Of a stretch of 64,000 bases of DNA, positions 48,505-60,238 are shown in pieces. The stretch's first letter is position 1. Each line of letters opens with the position of its first letter. The notes under the pieces are model-generated. The model had not been told where the DNA came from, ran no database searches, and saw nothing but the letters and a program-made list of their open reading frames with translations. Made by a program: the position numbers and the translations under genes. The stretch is from Verrucomicrobiota bacterium. GTDB lineage: Bacteria > Verrucomicrobiota > Verrucomicrobiia > Limisphaerales > AAA164-E04. The stretch covers positions 2,496,001-2,560,000 of the forward strand of contig CP170459.1 of NCBI GenBank assembly GCA_047947115.1. The letters are read 5' to 3'.

Positions 48505-49170
48505 CTGCAGGTAGATCGGACCGTCCCCGGTCCGTCCCCGCTAGCGACAGCTACGCGGATGTGGGGATTTGGATGCTGCGGGGTATTCCTTTGGATGTTG
48601 ATATGCAGGGTAAGGAAGTCACAAGGGTTGCGCGCCGAGACGCCACGCTCTACCTGAGGACGCCATCGGGCCTCGCATCAATTCACCATTCACTATTTTA
48701 AATTCACTATTTAAAAGGGGACGGCACGATCTACCCGGGGTATACTGCAGGTAGATCGGACCGTCCCCGGTCCGTCTCCGCTAGCGACAGCTACGCGGAT
48801 GTGGGGATTTGGATGCTGCGGGGTATTCCTTTGGATGTTGATATGCAGGGTAAGGAAGCCACAAGGGTTGCGCGCCGAGACGCCACGCTCTACCTGAGGA
48901 CGCCATCGGTCCTCGCATCAATTCACTATTTAAAAGGGGACGGCACGATCTACCCGGGGTATACTGCAGGTAGATCGGACCGTCTCGGTCCGTCCCCGCT
49001 AGCGACAGCTACGCGGATATGGGGATTTGGATGCTGTGGGGTATTCCTTTGGATGTTGATATGCAGGGTAAGGAAGCCACAAGGGTTGCGCGCCGAGACG
49101 CCACGCTCTACCTGAGGACGCCATCGGGCCCCACTTCAATTCGCTATTCACCATTTTGAATTCACTATTT
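48505..49170. repeat. Tandem array of three near-identical REP/REPIN-like units (periods 240 and 219 bp)
   Basis: Units start ctgcaggtagatcggaccgt at 48505, 48745 and 48964. Terminal inverted repeats ggtagatcggaccgtcccc / ggggacggcacgatctacc match at 17/19 positions (48510-48528 with 48717-48735; 48750-48768 with 48936-48954). Confidence 0.95.
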
Positions 49171-49206
49171 AAAAAAGGGGCGGATCTTTTGGATCCGCCC
49201 CTTTTT
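49171..49206. terminator. Bidirectional Rho-independent terminator (gyrA end)
   Basis: aaaaaaggggcggatc-ttttg-gatccgccccttttt with A and T runs on both sides, between convergent genes. Confidence 0.9.
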
Positions 49207-49245
49207 CGTTTTTTAATTCAATGGAAAGAATTTGATCTTCGGCGC

Positions 49246-51939
49246 CTACTTGGTGGGTTCATCGGTTGCTTCGGGGCTTTCGCCTTCGGAGGCTTCCGGA
49301 GTTTCCGTGTTTTCGGTGTCGCTTGATTCCTCATCGGATTCGGAGTCTTCGTCGTCCTCGTTTTCATCGTTGATGACCGGGGCGATGGCCTGGAGTTTGT
49401 CTTTGGAACCAGTGTCGACCAGTTTGACCCCCATGGCGTTGCGGCCGGTTTCTCGGACGTCGTCGACCTTGATGCGGACCATTTGACCACCCACGGTGAT
49501 CAGCATGATTTCGTCATGATCATGAACCGTCAGGGCTCCGACGATGCCACCGCTTTTCTCGCCTGTTCGCATGGTGATGATGCCCTTTCCACCACGTGTT
49601 TGTCGGCGGTAGTCTTCGAAGTCGGTTCGTTTGCCGATTCCTTTTTCGCTGGCAACCAGGAGAGTGGCGCCTTCTTCCACGATGGCCAGTGCGACCACAC
49701 GGTCGTCTTTCCCCAGTGAAATGCCGCGAACGCCAGTTGTGGCGCGTCCCATGGATCGGGCGTCGGATTCGAGGAAGCGAATGCTCTTGCCGTTGCTCGT
49801 GATGAGAACGACTTCATTATCACCTGATGTCAGTTTGACTTCGATCAGGCGGTCCTCATCGAGAATGTTGATTGCCTTGATGCCTCCTTTACGGTGGTTC
49901 TTGAAGGCGGACAGTTCGGTTTTCTTGACCGTTCCGTTTTCGGTGGCGAACAAGAGGAATCCGGGTTGTTCCCAGGTGATGTCCTTCTTCGCTTCGTCGG
50001 TTTGTGATTCCACACGGATCAAAGCTGCCACTTTTTCGTCGGGCTGGAGTTCCAGCACGTTGGCGATGGAACGTCCCTGAGCGGTTCGGCTCATTTCAGG
50101 CACTTCGTGCACACGTTCCACGAATACACGTCCGGTGTTGGTGAAGAACATCAGGTAATCGTGGGTGCTGGCTGTGAACAGGTGTTCGACGAAGTCTTTG
50201 TTTTTGCCATCCACAACACTCTTGCTTTTGGTGGCCATGCCGATCACACCTTTGCCACCCCGGCGCTGGGCACGGTATTCGGTGAGGTTGGTGCGTTTGA
50301 TCAGGCCGTTGTGCGTCAGAGTGATGATGACCGGTTCGTTGGCGATCAGATCTTCAATCAGCATATTGCCGTGGAAGGGGATCAGTTCGGAACGGCGATC
50401 GGTCGCATATTTATCGCGGACGCGTTGGAGTTCTTCTTTGATGATTGCCAGGACGCGGACTTCACGGGCAAGGATATCCATCAGGTCCTTGATGGTTTCC
50501 AGCAGTTCGCCGTATTCCTTTTTGACCTTGTCTGTTTCCATGCCGGTCAACTGGTAGAGACGCAGTTCCAGGATGGCGTTGACTTGTGCTTCGCTCAATT
50601 CGTAGCGGCCGTTGACCAAGCGTGCTTCGCTGTGGATGAGGATGCCGAATTGTTCGACTGTTTCACGTGCAAATTCGTAGGCGAGCAGTTTGGTCTTGGC
50701 TTCTTCGCGGTTGGCGGATTCGCGAATGATGCGAATGAAGTCGTCAAGGTTGGCCAGTGCGATGAGGTAACCCTCCAGGATCTCGGCGCGTGCTTCGGCC
50801 TTTTTCAGTTCATAACGCGTGCGTCGCAACACCACCTCTCGACGGTGTTCGATGTAGCAATTGATGATCTCTTTGAGGTTTAGCGTTTTTGGCTTTTGAT
50901 GGTCAATCGCCAGCATGTTCACGCTGAAAGTCGTCTCCAGTTGCGTGTATTTATAGAGATTGTTGATGACGACTTTTGGAATGGCATCCCGCTTTAGTTC
51001 AATGACCAGGCGTGTGTTTTCGTCTGATTCATTTCGCAAGGCGGAGATCTCGGTGATGATTTTTTCATTCACCAGTTGGGCAATGCGTTCTTCCAATACG
51101 GCGCGGTTGACGTTGAACGGAATTTCCGTGATGACAATCTGTTCGCGTCCGGTCTTGGTGTTTTCCACTTCAACCCGACCGCGGATGCGGAGACTGCCAC
51201 GTCCGGTGTGAAAATATTGTCGGATGGGATCCAGTCCGCAAATCTGACAACCACTTGGGAAATCCGGGCCTTTGATGTATTCCATCAGGCCGTCAATGGT
51301 AATGCTTGGGTTATCGATCTGGGCACAGATACCATCAACCACTTCCCCGAGGTTGTGAGGGGGAATGTTGGTAGCCATCCCGACTGCGATGCCCGTTCCA
51401 CCGTTGACGAGGAGGTTGGGAAATGAAGATGGGAAGACGGATGGTTCCACGGTGGAATCATCGTAGTTGGGAACGAAATCCACGGTGTCTTTCTCCATGT
51501 CATCCATCAGGATGGATCCCAGATGGGTCATGCGAGCTTCCGTATAACGCATGGAAGCGGGTGGATCTCCTTCCACTGAGCCGAAATTTCCCTGACCTTC
51601 AATCAAGGTATCGCGCATGGCCCATGGTTGAGCCATGTGCACGAGTGTCGGGTAGATCGCCTGATCCCCGTGGGGGTGGTAGTTACCCATGGTTTCCCCG
51701 ACAATCTTGGCACACTTGATGTGCTTTTTGCTGGGACCAACGCCGAGGTCGTTCATCGCGTAAAGGATGCGGCGTTGGGAAGGTTTGAGTCCGTCTCGAA
51801 CGTCGGGCAGTGCACGCGAGATGATGACCGACATGGAGTAATCGAGAAACGAGTTCTTGATTTCGTCGGCGACGTTGATCTTTTCGATACGGCCGCCTGA
51901 CGGTGGTGTTGTAGGTGGTGTGGAATCGGATTCCGCCAT
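49246..51939 (-). CDS. gyrA: DNA gyrase subunit A
   Basis: SRALPDVRDGLKP, YHPHGD, ASMRYTEAR catalytic Tyr, GyrA-box QRRGGKG, acidic C-terminal tail. Confidence 0.98.
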   Translation of the reverse strand: MAESDSTPPTTPPSGGRIEKINVADEIKNSFLDYSMSVIISRALPDVRDGLKPSQRRILYAMNDLGVGPSKKHIKCAKIVGETMGNYHPHGDQAIYPTLVHMAQPWAMRDTLIEGQGNFGSVEGDPPASMRYTEARMTHLGSILMDDMEKDTVDFVPNYDDSTVEPSVFPSSFPNLLVNGGTGIAVGMATNIPPHNLGEVVDGICAQIDNPSITIDGLMEYIKGPDFPSGCQICGLDPIRQYFHTGRGSLRIRGRVEVENTKTGREQIVITEIPFNVNRAVLEERIAQLVNEKIITEISALRNESDENTRLVIELKRDAIPKVVINNLYKYTQLETTFSVNMLAIDHQKPKTLNLKEIINCYIEHRREVVLRRTRYELKKAEARAEILEGYLIALANLDDFIRIIRESANREEAKTKLLAYEFARETVEQFGILIHSEARLVNGRYELSEAQVNAILELRLYQLTGMETDKVKKEYGELLETIKDLMDILAREVRVLAIIKEELQRVRDKYATDRRSELIPFHGNMLIEDLIANEPVIITLTHNGLIKRTNLTEYRAQRRGGKGVIGMATKSKSVVDGKNKDFVEHLFTASTHDYLMFFTNTGRVFVERVHEVPEMSRTAQGRSIANVLELQPDEKVAALIRVESQTDEAKKDITWEQPGFLLFATENGTVKKTELSAFKNHRKGGIKAINILDEDRLIEVKLTSGDNEVVLITSNGKSIRFLESDARSMGRATTGVRGISLGKDDRVVALAIVEEGATLLVASEKGIGKRTDFEDYRRQTRGGKGIITMRTGEKSGGIVGALTVHDHDEIMLITVGGQMVRIKVDDVRETGRNAMGVKLVDTGSKDKLQAIAPVINDENEDDEDSESDEESSDTENTETPEASEGESPEATDEPTK

Positions 51940-52036
51940 AATATGTCTTTGCTAAGGGTGGCAACCGGATGGGTTGCCTCAAGTAATGATCAAATTAAAT
52001 GTTCAGTGAGTTTGTTGTTCCATGGGTGTTCCCGGA

Positions 52037-54565
<2,529 letters not shown>

Positions 54566-55085
54566 TTAGGCTGCAGTTGCTTTTATTTGAACTGCCATAT
54601 CGGGATATTCTAGGTGAAATCTCACATGGACACAATCGTTTATTTTGGCTTTTAGTGAATGTTGTCCAATTGGCATGCCCCATGCTTTATGTCCCGGTTA
54701 CAGCCAACGTTCCGTGTTGTCTGGCCGGGTTGGGTTTGGGGGTTGTTACCTGCTTATCATAATATGGATAGGGGGCGGTTCCATGCTTCGTTAACAGGGC
54801 CTTCAGCAAGGGGTATTGGATTCATTTTGAAACACTTGTCGTATACCGGTTGTCTCAAGTGTCAGCGCATGAGGGATTGGGTTCTTCCCGTCTGCTTTGG
54901 TTTTTGATACCAACGCGGTTTGAGGGGACGCTTCGACGACCAGGAATGTTCGACCTTCATGCATTCAGGACTTTTGACATGGACAAACCCTTTGGATTCT
55001 TTTTCAGTTGTCCCCTGTTTACCTCCATTTTTTGGGATTCAAAGATTTTGTGAAATGGAGAAGGGCAGATCGTAATCTTAGAGTG

Positions 55086-58000
55086 ATGAGTAAAAACACT
55101 AAATCCAAGTCTACCAATCCTGCGGAACGTCCGCAGGGAACCGCCACATCCACAACCGGTTCATATGATGAAGCAGGCCGCTTCAGTGGTCGTTTTTTCA
55201 GAAAAGTGGATTGGCAGACGGCCGGTTTTACGGCGTTGTTTGTCTTCATTGGATACTTACTCTCCATCGCGCCGGATGTGACGCTCGAAGATTCCGGCGA
55301 GCTGTCTGTGGGGTCCTTTTATGCGGGAGTACCGCATCCTCCCGGTTACCCGGTATGGACGCTTTATACCTGGTTGTTCACCGTTTTGGTTCCAGTTTCC
55401 AACATCGCCTTCCGAGTGGCACTTTCCTCTGCTGTGGCGGCGGCAGCGGCCTGTGGCCTTCTTTCTCTGATGGTTTCCCGCGGAAGCAGCATGATTGTGG
55501 AAGGGATGGAAGAACTCAAAGGCATGAATCGCTCGCTCGAGGATTGGATCTGTCGGGTTTCCGGTTGGGTGGCTGGCATGCTGCTTGGGTTTAACGGATT
55601 CATGTGGAGTCAGGCCGTGATTGTGGAGGTTTACACGCTCAGTGTCCTGTCGCTGATGGGCGTGCTGGTTTGTCTGATGCACTGGGTATATGTGCCCGAG
55701 CGCAAAAAGTACCTTTACTGGGCTTTCTTCCTTTTTGGGATTTGTTTCAATAACCACCAAACACTTATCGTTGCTGCGATGGGGCTTGAAGTCGCCATTG
55801 CGGCTGTGAACATTCGCTTGGGGCGGGATTTGTTCCTATTTAACAGTGTGATTTATCTTCTTGGCCTCATTGCCAAATGGAACGGCATGCTCACTGCCTT
55901 TGACCAGAACATTCCATTGTTCGTTATCTACAACGCGGTTGGGATTGCCTCCATTGGTGTTTTTGTTTGGGCATGGAACCGGACCCAGGAGGTGCTGACG
56001 GAATGGGTGCCTCTTGTCATCATTGCGGCGGTGTTTTTGCTGGGGGCTTCGTTTTATTTTTACATGCCGATAGCTTCGTCGACGAATCCGCCCATGAACT
56101 GGGCTTACCCTCGGACCTGGGATGGGTTCGTGCATGCGTTTAGTCGAGGTCAATATGAACGAGCAAATCCGACCAGTTCGCCTTTGAGGTTTATCCAGCA
56201 GATGTATCTGTATTTCAAGGGGGCCGGATCCGAGTTTTCTCCGGTGATGTTGTTGATTGGGTTGGTTCCTTTCTTTTGCTGGAAACGCATGGCAAAACGC
56301 GAACGCGCCTGGATGACCGGGTTGATGGCGGTCTTCTTTTGTTTGGCGGTGATCCTGATGATCCTGCTGAATCCGCCGCCCGACAAGCAGAGTCAGGACT
56401 TGAATCGAGTCTTTTTTACCTCTTCCCACGTTTTGATCGCCATATTCATGGGCTATGGGGTGGCTCTGATCGCCTCGTTTCTGGCTCGGCAATATGAGGC
56501 TCAGCGTCTGCCGGCACTGACCGGAGGTGCCATCGCGGTGGCACTTGCCATTTATGGAAAGCTCGGGTTGGAGCGTGTTCATCCGCTGGATCAATTCACC
56601 GCGTTTTACGGCATTTTGCTTTCGGTCGCTTTTATTCTGATCTTCGGTCTTTCCCGATCCAAGGCGCCGATGAAAGCCATTCTGCTGATCTTTGCGCTGG
56701 CGCCCTTTTATTCGGTGATGAGTCATTGGTGGGAAAACGAGCAGCGCGGGCATTTGTTCGGATACTGGTTTGGGCACGATATGTTTTCCCCGCCGTTTGA
56801 GGTTTATCCGGAGATGGCCGAAGATGCCATCCTGTTTGGTGGGACCGATCCAGGGCGCTTTAATCCGACTTACATGATCTTTTGCGAGAGTTTTATTCCA
56901 GCTTCCAAGAAACCGCGTGATCCGGATTTTGATCGCCGGGATGTTCGCATTATCACGCAGAATGCGTTGGCGGATGGTACCTATCTGGACTACATCCGTG
57001 CCCATTACTTCCGGAGCGCACAGAGGGATCTCCCTTTCTTTCAGGAGATGCTTCGTTCGTCCAAGGAAAAGGAATTGAACCAATCGACAAATTGGATGGC
57101 CCGTGCCTCTGCCCCTCTGGATAATGCCATGACCAGCTTTGGCGCGTATGTGGAACAGAAGCGGAAGGATCGTGGTGTGTATCCGTCCAAGGAAATTTAT
57201 ACTCCATCACATGAGGATTCGGAAAAGGCCTATCTGGATTACATGGCGGATGCCGCCCAGCGGAAAATGTCCGGTCACCTTAAGCCGGGTGAAATCGTGA
57301 CTGAAACCCCTGATGGCCGCATTTCCGTACAGGGGCAGGCGGCGGTCATGGCGATCAATGCCATTTTGGCCAAAATCATTTTTGACAAAAATCCCGGCCA
57401 CGAGTTTTACATCGAAGAAAGCATGCCGCTCGAGTGGATGTATCCGCACCTGACTCCGTTTGGGATCATCATGAAGATCAACCGCGAGGAAGTCCCGGTA
57501 ATCACGGAAGAGATGTTGAAGAAGGATCACCAGTTCTGGTCCCAGTACATGAATCGACTGGTCGGAGACTGGGTGAAATACGACACTCCGATCGAGGATA
57601 TCGTGAAGTTTGCCGATGATGTCTATCTCAAGGGAGATTTGTCAGCATTCAAGGGTGATACCAAATTTGTGCGGGACGATTGGGCGCAGAAGGCGTTTTC
57701 CAAACTACGCAGTGGTATTGCCGGAATTTATGCCTGGCGATTGGGCCCGCAATGTCCGAAACATTTGCAGCCCAAAACTGTGGAGGAAGAACAACGTTTG
57801 TTGGAAGAGGCTGATTATGCCTTTCGCCAGGCGCTGGTGTTGTGTCCATACAGCCCGGAAGCCGTCTTTCGGTATTCCAATTTGCTGGCCATGACTCAGA
57901 GGGTGGATGACGCGATCATGATCACTGAGAAGTGTTTTGAATTTGATTATGAAAACGAGGGGGTAAGGCAATTGTTGCAACAATTGCATCGGATGAAGCA

Positions 58001-58508
58001 GGGACAGGCGAAATTGAATCAAATCCAGGACACCATTCACAATCTGGAACAACAGTTTGTGGCCAGCAAAACCAATCTGGATGTTGCCTACAAGCTCATG
58101 TCCAATTACGTGCTCACCATGCGGACCAATGAGGCCATTGTGGTGATGGATGAATTATTGGCCGACCCGAATGCGCCTGCTGAAACCATTCTGACCGTGG
58201 CTTCCGCTTACAACGATCTCAAGCAATATGATCGATTGGAAAATGCGCTGATTCGATTGGTGGAGGTGATTCCCGACAATCCAGAAGCCTGGTTCGACCT
58301 GGCAGGAACCCAGGCCTTGATGGGAAAACATCAGCTGGCTTTGCAGACCCTGAGCAAGACCATGGAGTTGAGCCGTGCCCGCAAATTGAAGAATCCTGAG
58401 GCGGTGGATTTGGCCCGTAAAGCGAGAGCGGACACACGGTTCAATGCCATGAAGGTGTTACCTGAGTTTCAGAAGATCCTAAATGGCACACCTTTGAATG
58501 GTGAATAG
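55086..58508 (+). CDS. DUF2723 (TMEM260-like, GT-C-type) polytopic membrane protein with C-terminal TPR-like region
   Basis: EDSGEL..SFYAGVPHPPGYP, WSQAVIVEVY, NHQT, NPPMNW, many TM segments, helical C-terminus with PDNPEAWFDLA. Start taken at MSKN. Confidence 0.85.
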   Translation: MSKNTKSKSTNPAERPQGTATSTTGSYDEAGRFSGRFFRKVDWQTAGFTALFVFIGYLLSIAPDVTLEDSGELSVGSFYAGVPHPPGYPVWTLYTWLFTVLVPVSNIAFRVALSSAVAAAAACGLLSLMVSRGSSMIVEGMEELKGMNRSLEDWICRVSGWVAGMLLGFNGFMWSQAVIVEVYTLSVLSLMGVLVCLMHWVYVPERKKYLYWAFFLFGICFNNHQTLIVAAMGLEVAIAAVNIRLGRDLFLFNSVIYLLGLIAKWNGMLTAFDQNIPLFVIYNAVGIASIGVFVWAWNRTQEVLTEWVPLVIIAAVFLLGASFYFYMPIASSTNPPMNWAYPRTWDGFVHAFSRGQYERANPTSSPLRFIQQMYLYFKGAGSEFSPVMLLIGLVPFFCWKRMAKRERAWMTGLMAVFFCLAVILMILLNPPPDKQSQDLNRVFFTSSHVLIAIFMGYGVALIASFLARQYEAQRLPALTGGAIAVALAIYGKLGLERVHPLDQFTAFYGILLSVAFILIFGLSRSKAPMKAILLIFALAPFYSVMSHWWENEQRGHLFGYWFGHDMFSPPFEVYPEMAEDAILFGGTDPGRFNPTYMIFCESFIPASKKPRDPDFDRRDVRIITQNALADGTYLDYIRAHYFRSAQRDLPFFQEMLRSSKEKELNQSTNWMARASAPLDNAMTSFGAYVEQKRKDRGVYPSKEIYTPSHEDSEKAYLDYMADAAQRKMSGHLKPGEIVTETPDGRISVQGQAAVMAINAILAKIIFDKNPGHEFYIEESMPLEWMYPHLTPFGIIMKINREEVPVITEEMLKKDHQFWSQYMNRLVGDWVKYDTPIEDIVKFADDVYLKGDLSAFKGDTKFVRDDWAQKAFSKLRSGIAGIYAWRLGPQCPKHLQPKTVEEEQRLLEEADYAFRQALVLCPYSPEAVFRYSNLLAMTQRVDDAIMITEKCFEFDYENEGVRQLLQQLHRMKQGQAKLNQIQDTIHNLEQQFVASKTNLDVAYKLMSNYVLTMRTNEAIVVMDELLADPNAPAETILTVASAYNDLKQYDRLENALIRLVEVIPDNPEAWFDLAGTQALMGKHQLALQTLSKTMELSRARKLKNPEAVDLARKARADTRFNAMKVLPEFQKILNGTPLNGE

Positions 58509-58542
58509 TGAATTTTAAATGGTGAAATTCCGAACGTTGGTG

Positions 58543-58750
58543 TGCAGGTAGATCGGAACGTCCCGGTCCGCTCCCGCTGGCGACAGCTACGCGGATGTGG
58601 GGAGTTGGATGCTTTGGGGTATTCCTTTGGATGTTGCTATGCTGGGGAAGCAAACCGCAAGGATTGCGCGCCGAGACGCCACACTCTACCTTTGGACACT
58701 ACCCGTCTTCACTTCAATTCACTATTTAAAAAGGGACGACACGTTCTACT
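58543..58750. repeat. Diverged fourth copy of the 48.5-49.2 kb repeat unit
   Basis: tgcaggtagatcggaacgtcccggtccg...gcgacagctacgcggatgtgggga...ggggtattcctttggatgttg...gcgcgccgagacgccacactctacc...aattcactatttaaaaagggacgacacgttctac, between convergent genes. Confidence 0.9.
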
Positions 58751-58762
58751 AGGGGGGAAGGC

Positions 58763-59263
58763 TCAGTAATCGTATAGTCCGGGATCCTGGCTGAAACCTC
58801 CCATACCGCCGCCGGGGCCTCCATCCATGTCGCCCATCACATCGCCCAGGATGTCGCCCATATCTTCTTCTATTTTGTCGGGATCTTCTCCTGCTTCGAG
58901 GCGTTTGATGGCAATGTCCATTTCTTTGGGGAGCACTCCTTCGGGCATGACCTGTTGCATTTTACGCATTAAGTGGGCCATGTGCTTGGGGTTGTTCTCG
59001 TCGAGATGTGCCATATCCTTTTCAAGCTCACCCATAGCTCGCATCATTTTGGACTCGTCGATGCCGGACACGTCAGGACCCTCATCGGTTCCTTCATTGT
59101 TACCTTTTCCTCCGCCTTTGATCATGGCAAATGAGCTCATCTGCTTGCTCATTTTTTCGTTGCCACACTTCGGGCATTTCGGATCGCCCTCCGGATTGAG
59201 GCGTTTCGATAAAAAACTGAAAATGACCCTGCACTTCGGGCAGGCAAATTCATAAATCGGCAT
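58763..59263 (-). CDS. FmdB-family zinc-ribbon protein with extended acidic/Met-rich C-terminus
   Basis: MPIYEFACPKC...CPKCG...MSSF. Confidence 0.88.
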   Translation of the reverse strand: MPIYEFACPKCRVIFSFLSKRLNPEGDPKCPKCGNEKMSKQMSSFAMIKGGGKGNNEGTDEGPDVSGIDESKMMRAMGELEKDMAHLDENNPKHMAHLMRKMQQVMPEGVLPKEMDIAIKRLEAGEDPDKIEEDMGDILGDVMGDMDGGPGGGMGGFSQDPGLYDY

Positions 59264-59275
59264 AAGCCAACTGGT

Positions 59276-60199
59276 TTATTTCATGCGATCAAAGGTCTGC
59301 TGCAGGATTTGCCAATCTTGAAGATCGCCAGTTTTTTCGCGGGCTGCATCTATCAGAGATTGTTCATTGGCATTTTTCGTCGGCTCATTGACATCGTAAA
59401 AGACGCCGAAATAACCAGGGAAGGGGGTGTTAGCCAGTTTGAAAGCTTCGATCTCGTCGGTGACATCGTGGTCTTCGGGCACTTCCAGGAATTCACCGCC
59501 CTTGCGGGGATTGGATTTGTCGAAGGCGCCGGGATAAAACTCCACACACTCGCTCAAGCACTCAATGACGCTGAATCCATCATGATCCATGGCGCGATCC
59601 ATCATGGCAAGCAGGTGTTTCGGATTGGTGGCTGTGGATCTGGCAACAAAGGTGGCTCCAGCTGCAACCAACTGCTTCATCGGATTGATGGGTTTGTCCT
59701 TGGAACCGCCAATATCCGTTTTGCTTCGAAAACCAAGAGGAGACGTGGGGGATGTTTGTTTCTTGGTCAGCCCATAGACAAAATTGTCCATGATCACATA
59801 GGTTAAGTTGACATTCTTACGAGCTGTATGGTTCAGATGGTTGCCGCCAATGGAGAACGCGTCTCCGTCACCACCGAACACAAAGGTGTGAAGATCAGGG
59901 CGAGAAAGAGATACCCCGGTTGCAAATGGCAGTGCGCGTCCATGAATGAAATGGACTCCGTTCGCTTGAACAAAATAGGGGAAGCGGCTTGAGCAGCCGA
60001 TACCTGCAACGGTTGTGATCTTTTCGTGGTGCAATCCACGCTGCTGGATCAGGCGGAAGTAAAGGGCCAATATCGAGAAATCCCCACAACCTGGGCACCA
60101 CGTCGGGTGATCGGCTGAGATTTCCTTTTTGGTCAAGGGAGCCCTGGTTGAAGGATCTTGTTCGGTGACTTCTTGTTCAGCAGTGTTGCTAGCGCTCAT
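59276..60199 (-). CDS. korB: 2-oxoacid:ferredoxin oxidoreductase beta subunit
   Basis: WCPGCGD, GIGCSSR, IHGRALP, TPP motif GGDGDAFSIGGNH...DNFVYGLTKKQTSPT. Confidence 0.92.
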   Translation of the reverse strand: MSASNTAEQEVTEQDPSTRAPLTKKEISADHPTWCPGCGDFSILALYFRLIQQRGLHHEKITTVAGIGCSSRFPYFVQANGVHFIHGRALPFATGVSLSRPDLHTFVFGGDGDAFSIGGNHLNHTARKNVNLTYVIMDNFVYGLTKKQTSPTSPLGFRSKTDIGGSKDKPINPMKQLVAAGATFVARSTATNPKHLLAMMDRAMDHDGFSVIECLSECVEFYPGAFDKSNPRKGGEFLEVPEDHDVTDEIEAFKLANTPFPGYFGVFYDVNEPTKNANEQSLIDAAREKTGDLQDWQILQQTFDRMK

Positions 60200-60238
60200 T
60201 TTTTAAGGTAATTTTGAAATCTTTCCTGTTGGGTCCTG

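Noticed and set aside
48495..49115. ORFs 48495-48701 and 48801-49115 (and 58542-58769, 30388-30588)
   Set aside because: Chance translations of non-coding repeat units; frames differ between copies.
48505..49170. CRISPR array interpretation of the tandem repeats
   Set aside because: Units are 219-240 bp and nearly identical throughout, with no unique spacers and no cas genes in the window.
55836..57083. 415-aa minus-strand ORF
   Set aside because: Antisense to the hydrophobic DUF2723 coding region; no domain signal.
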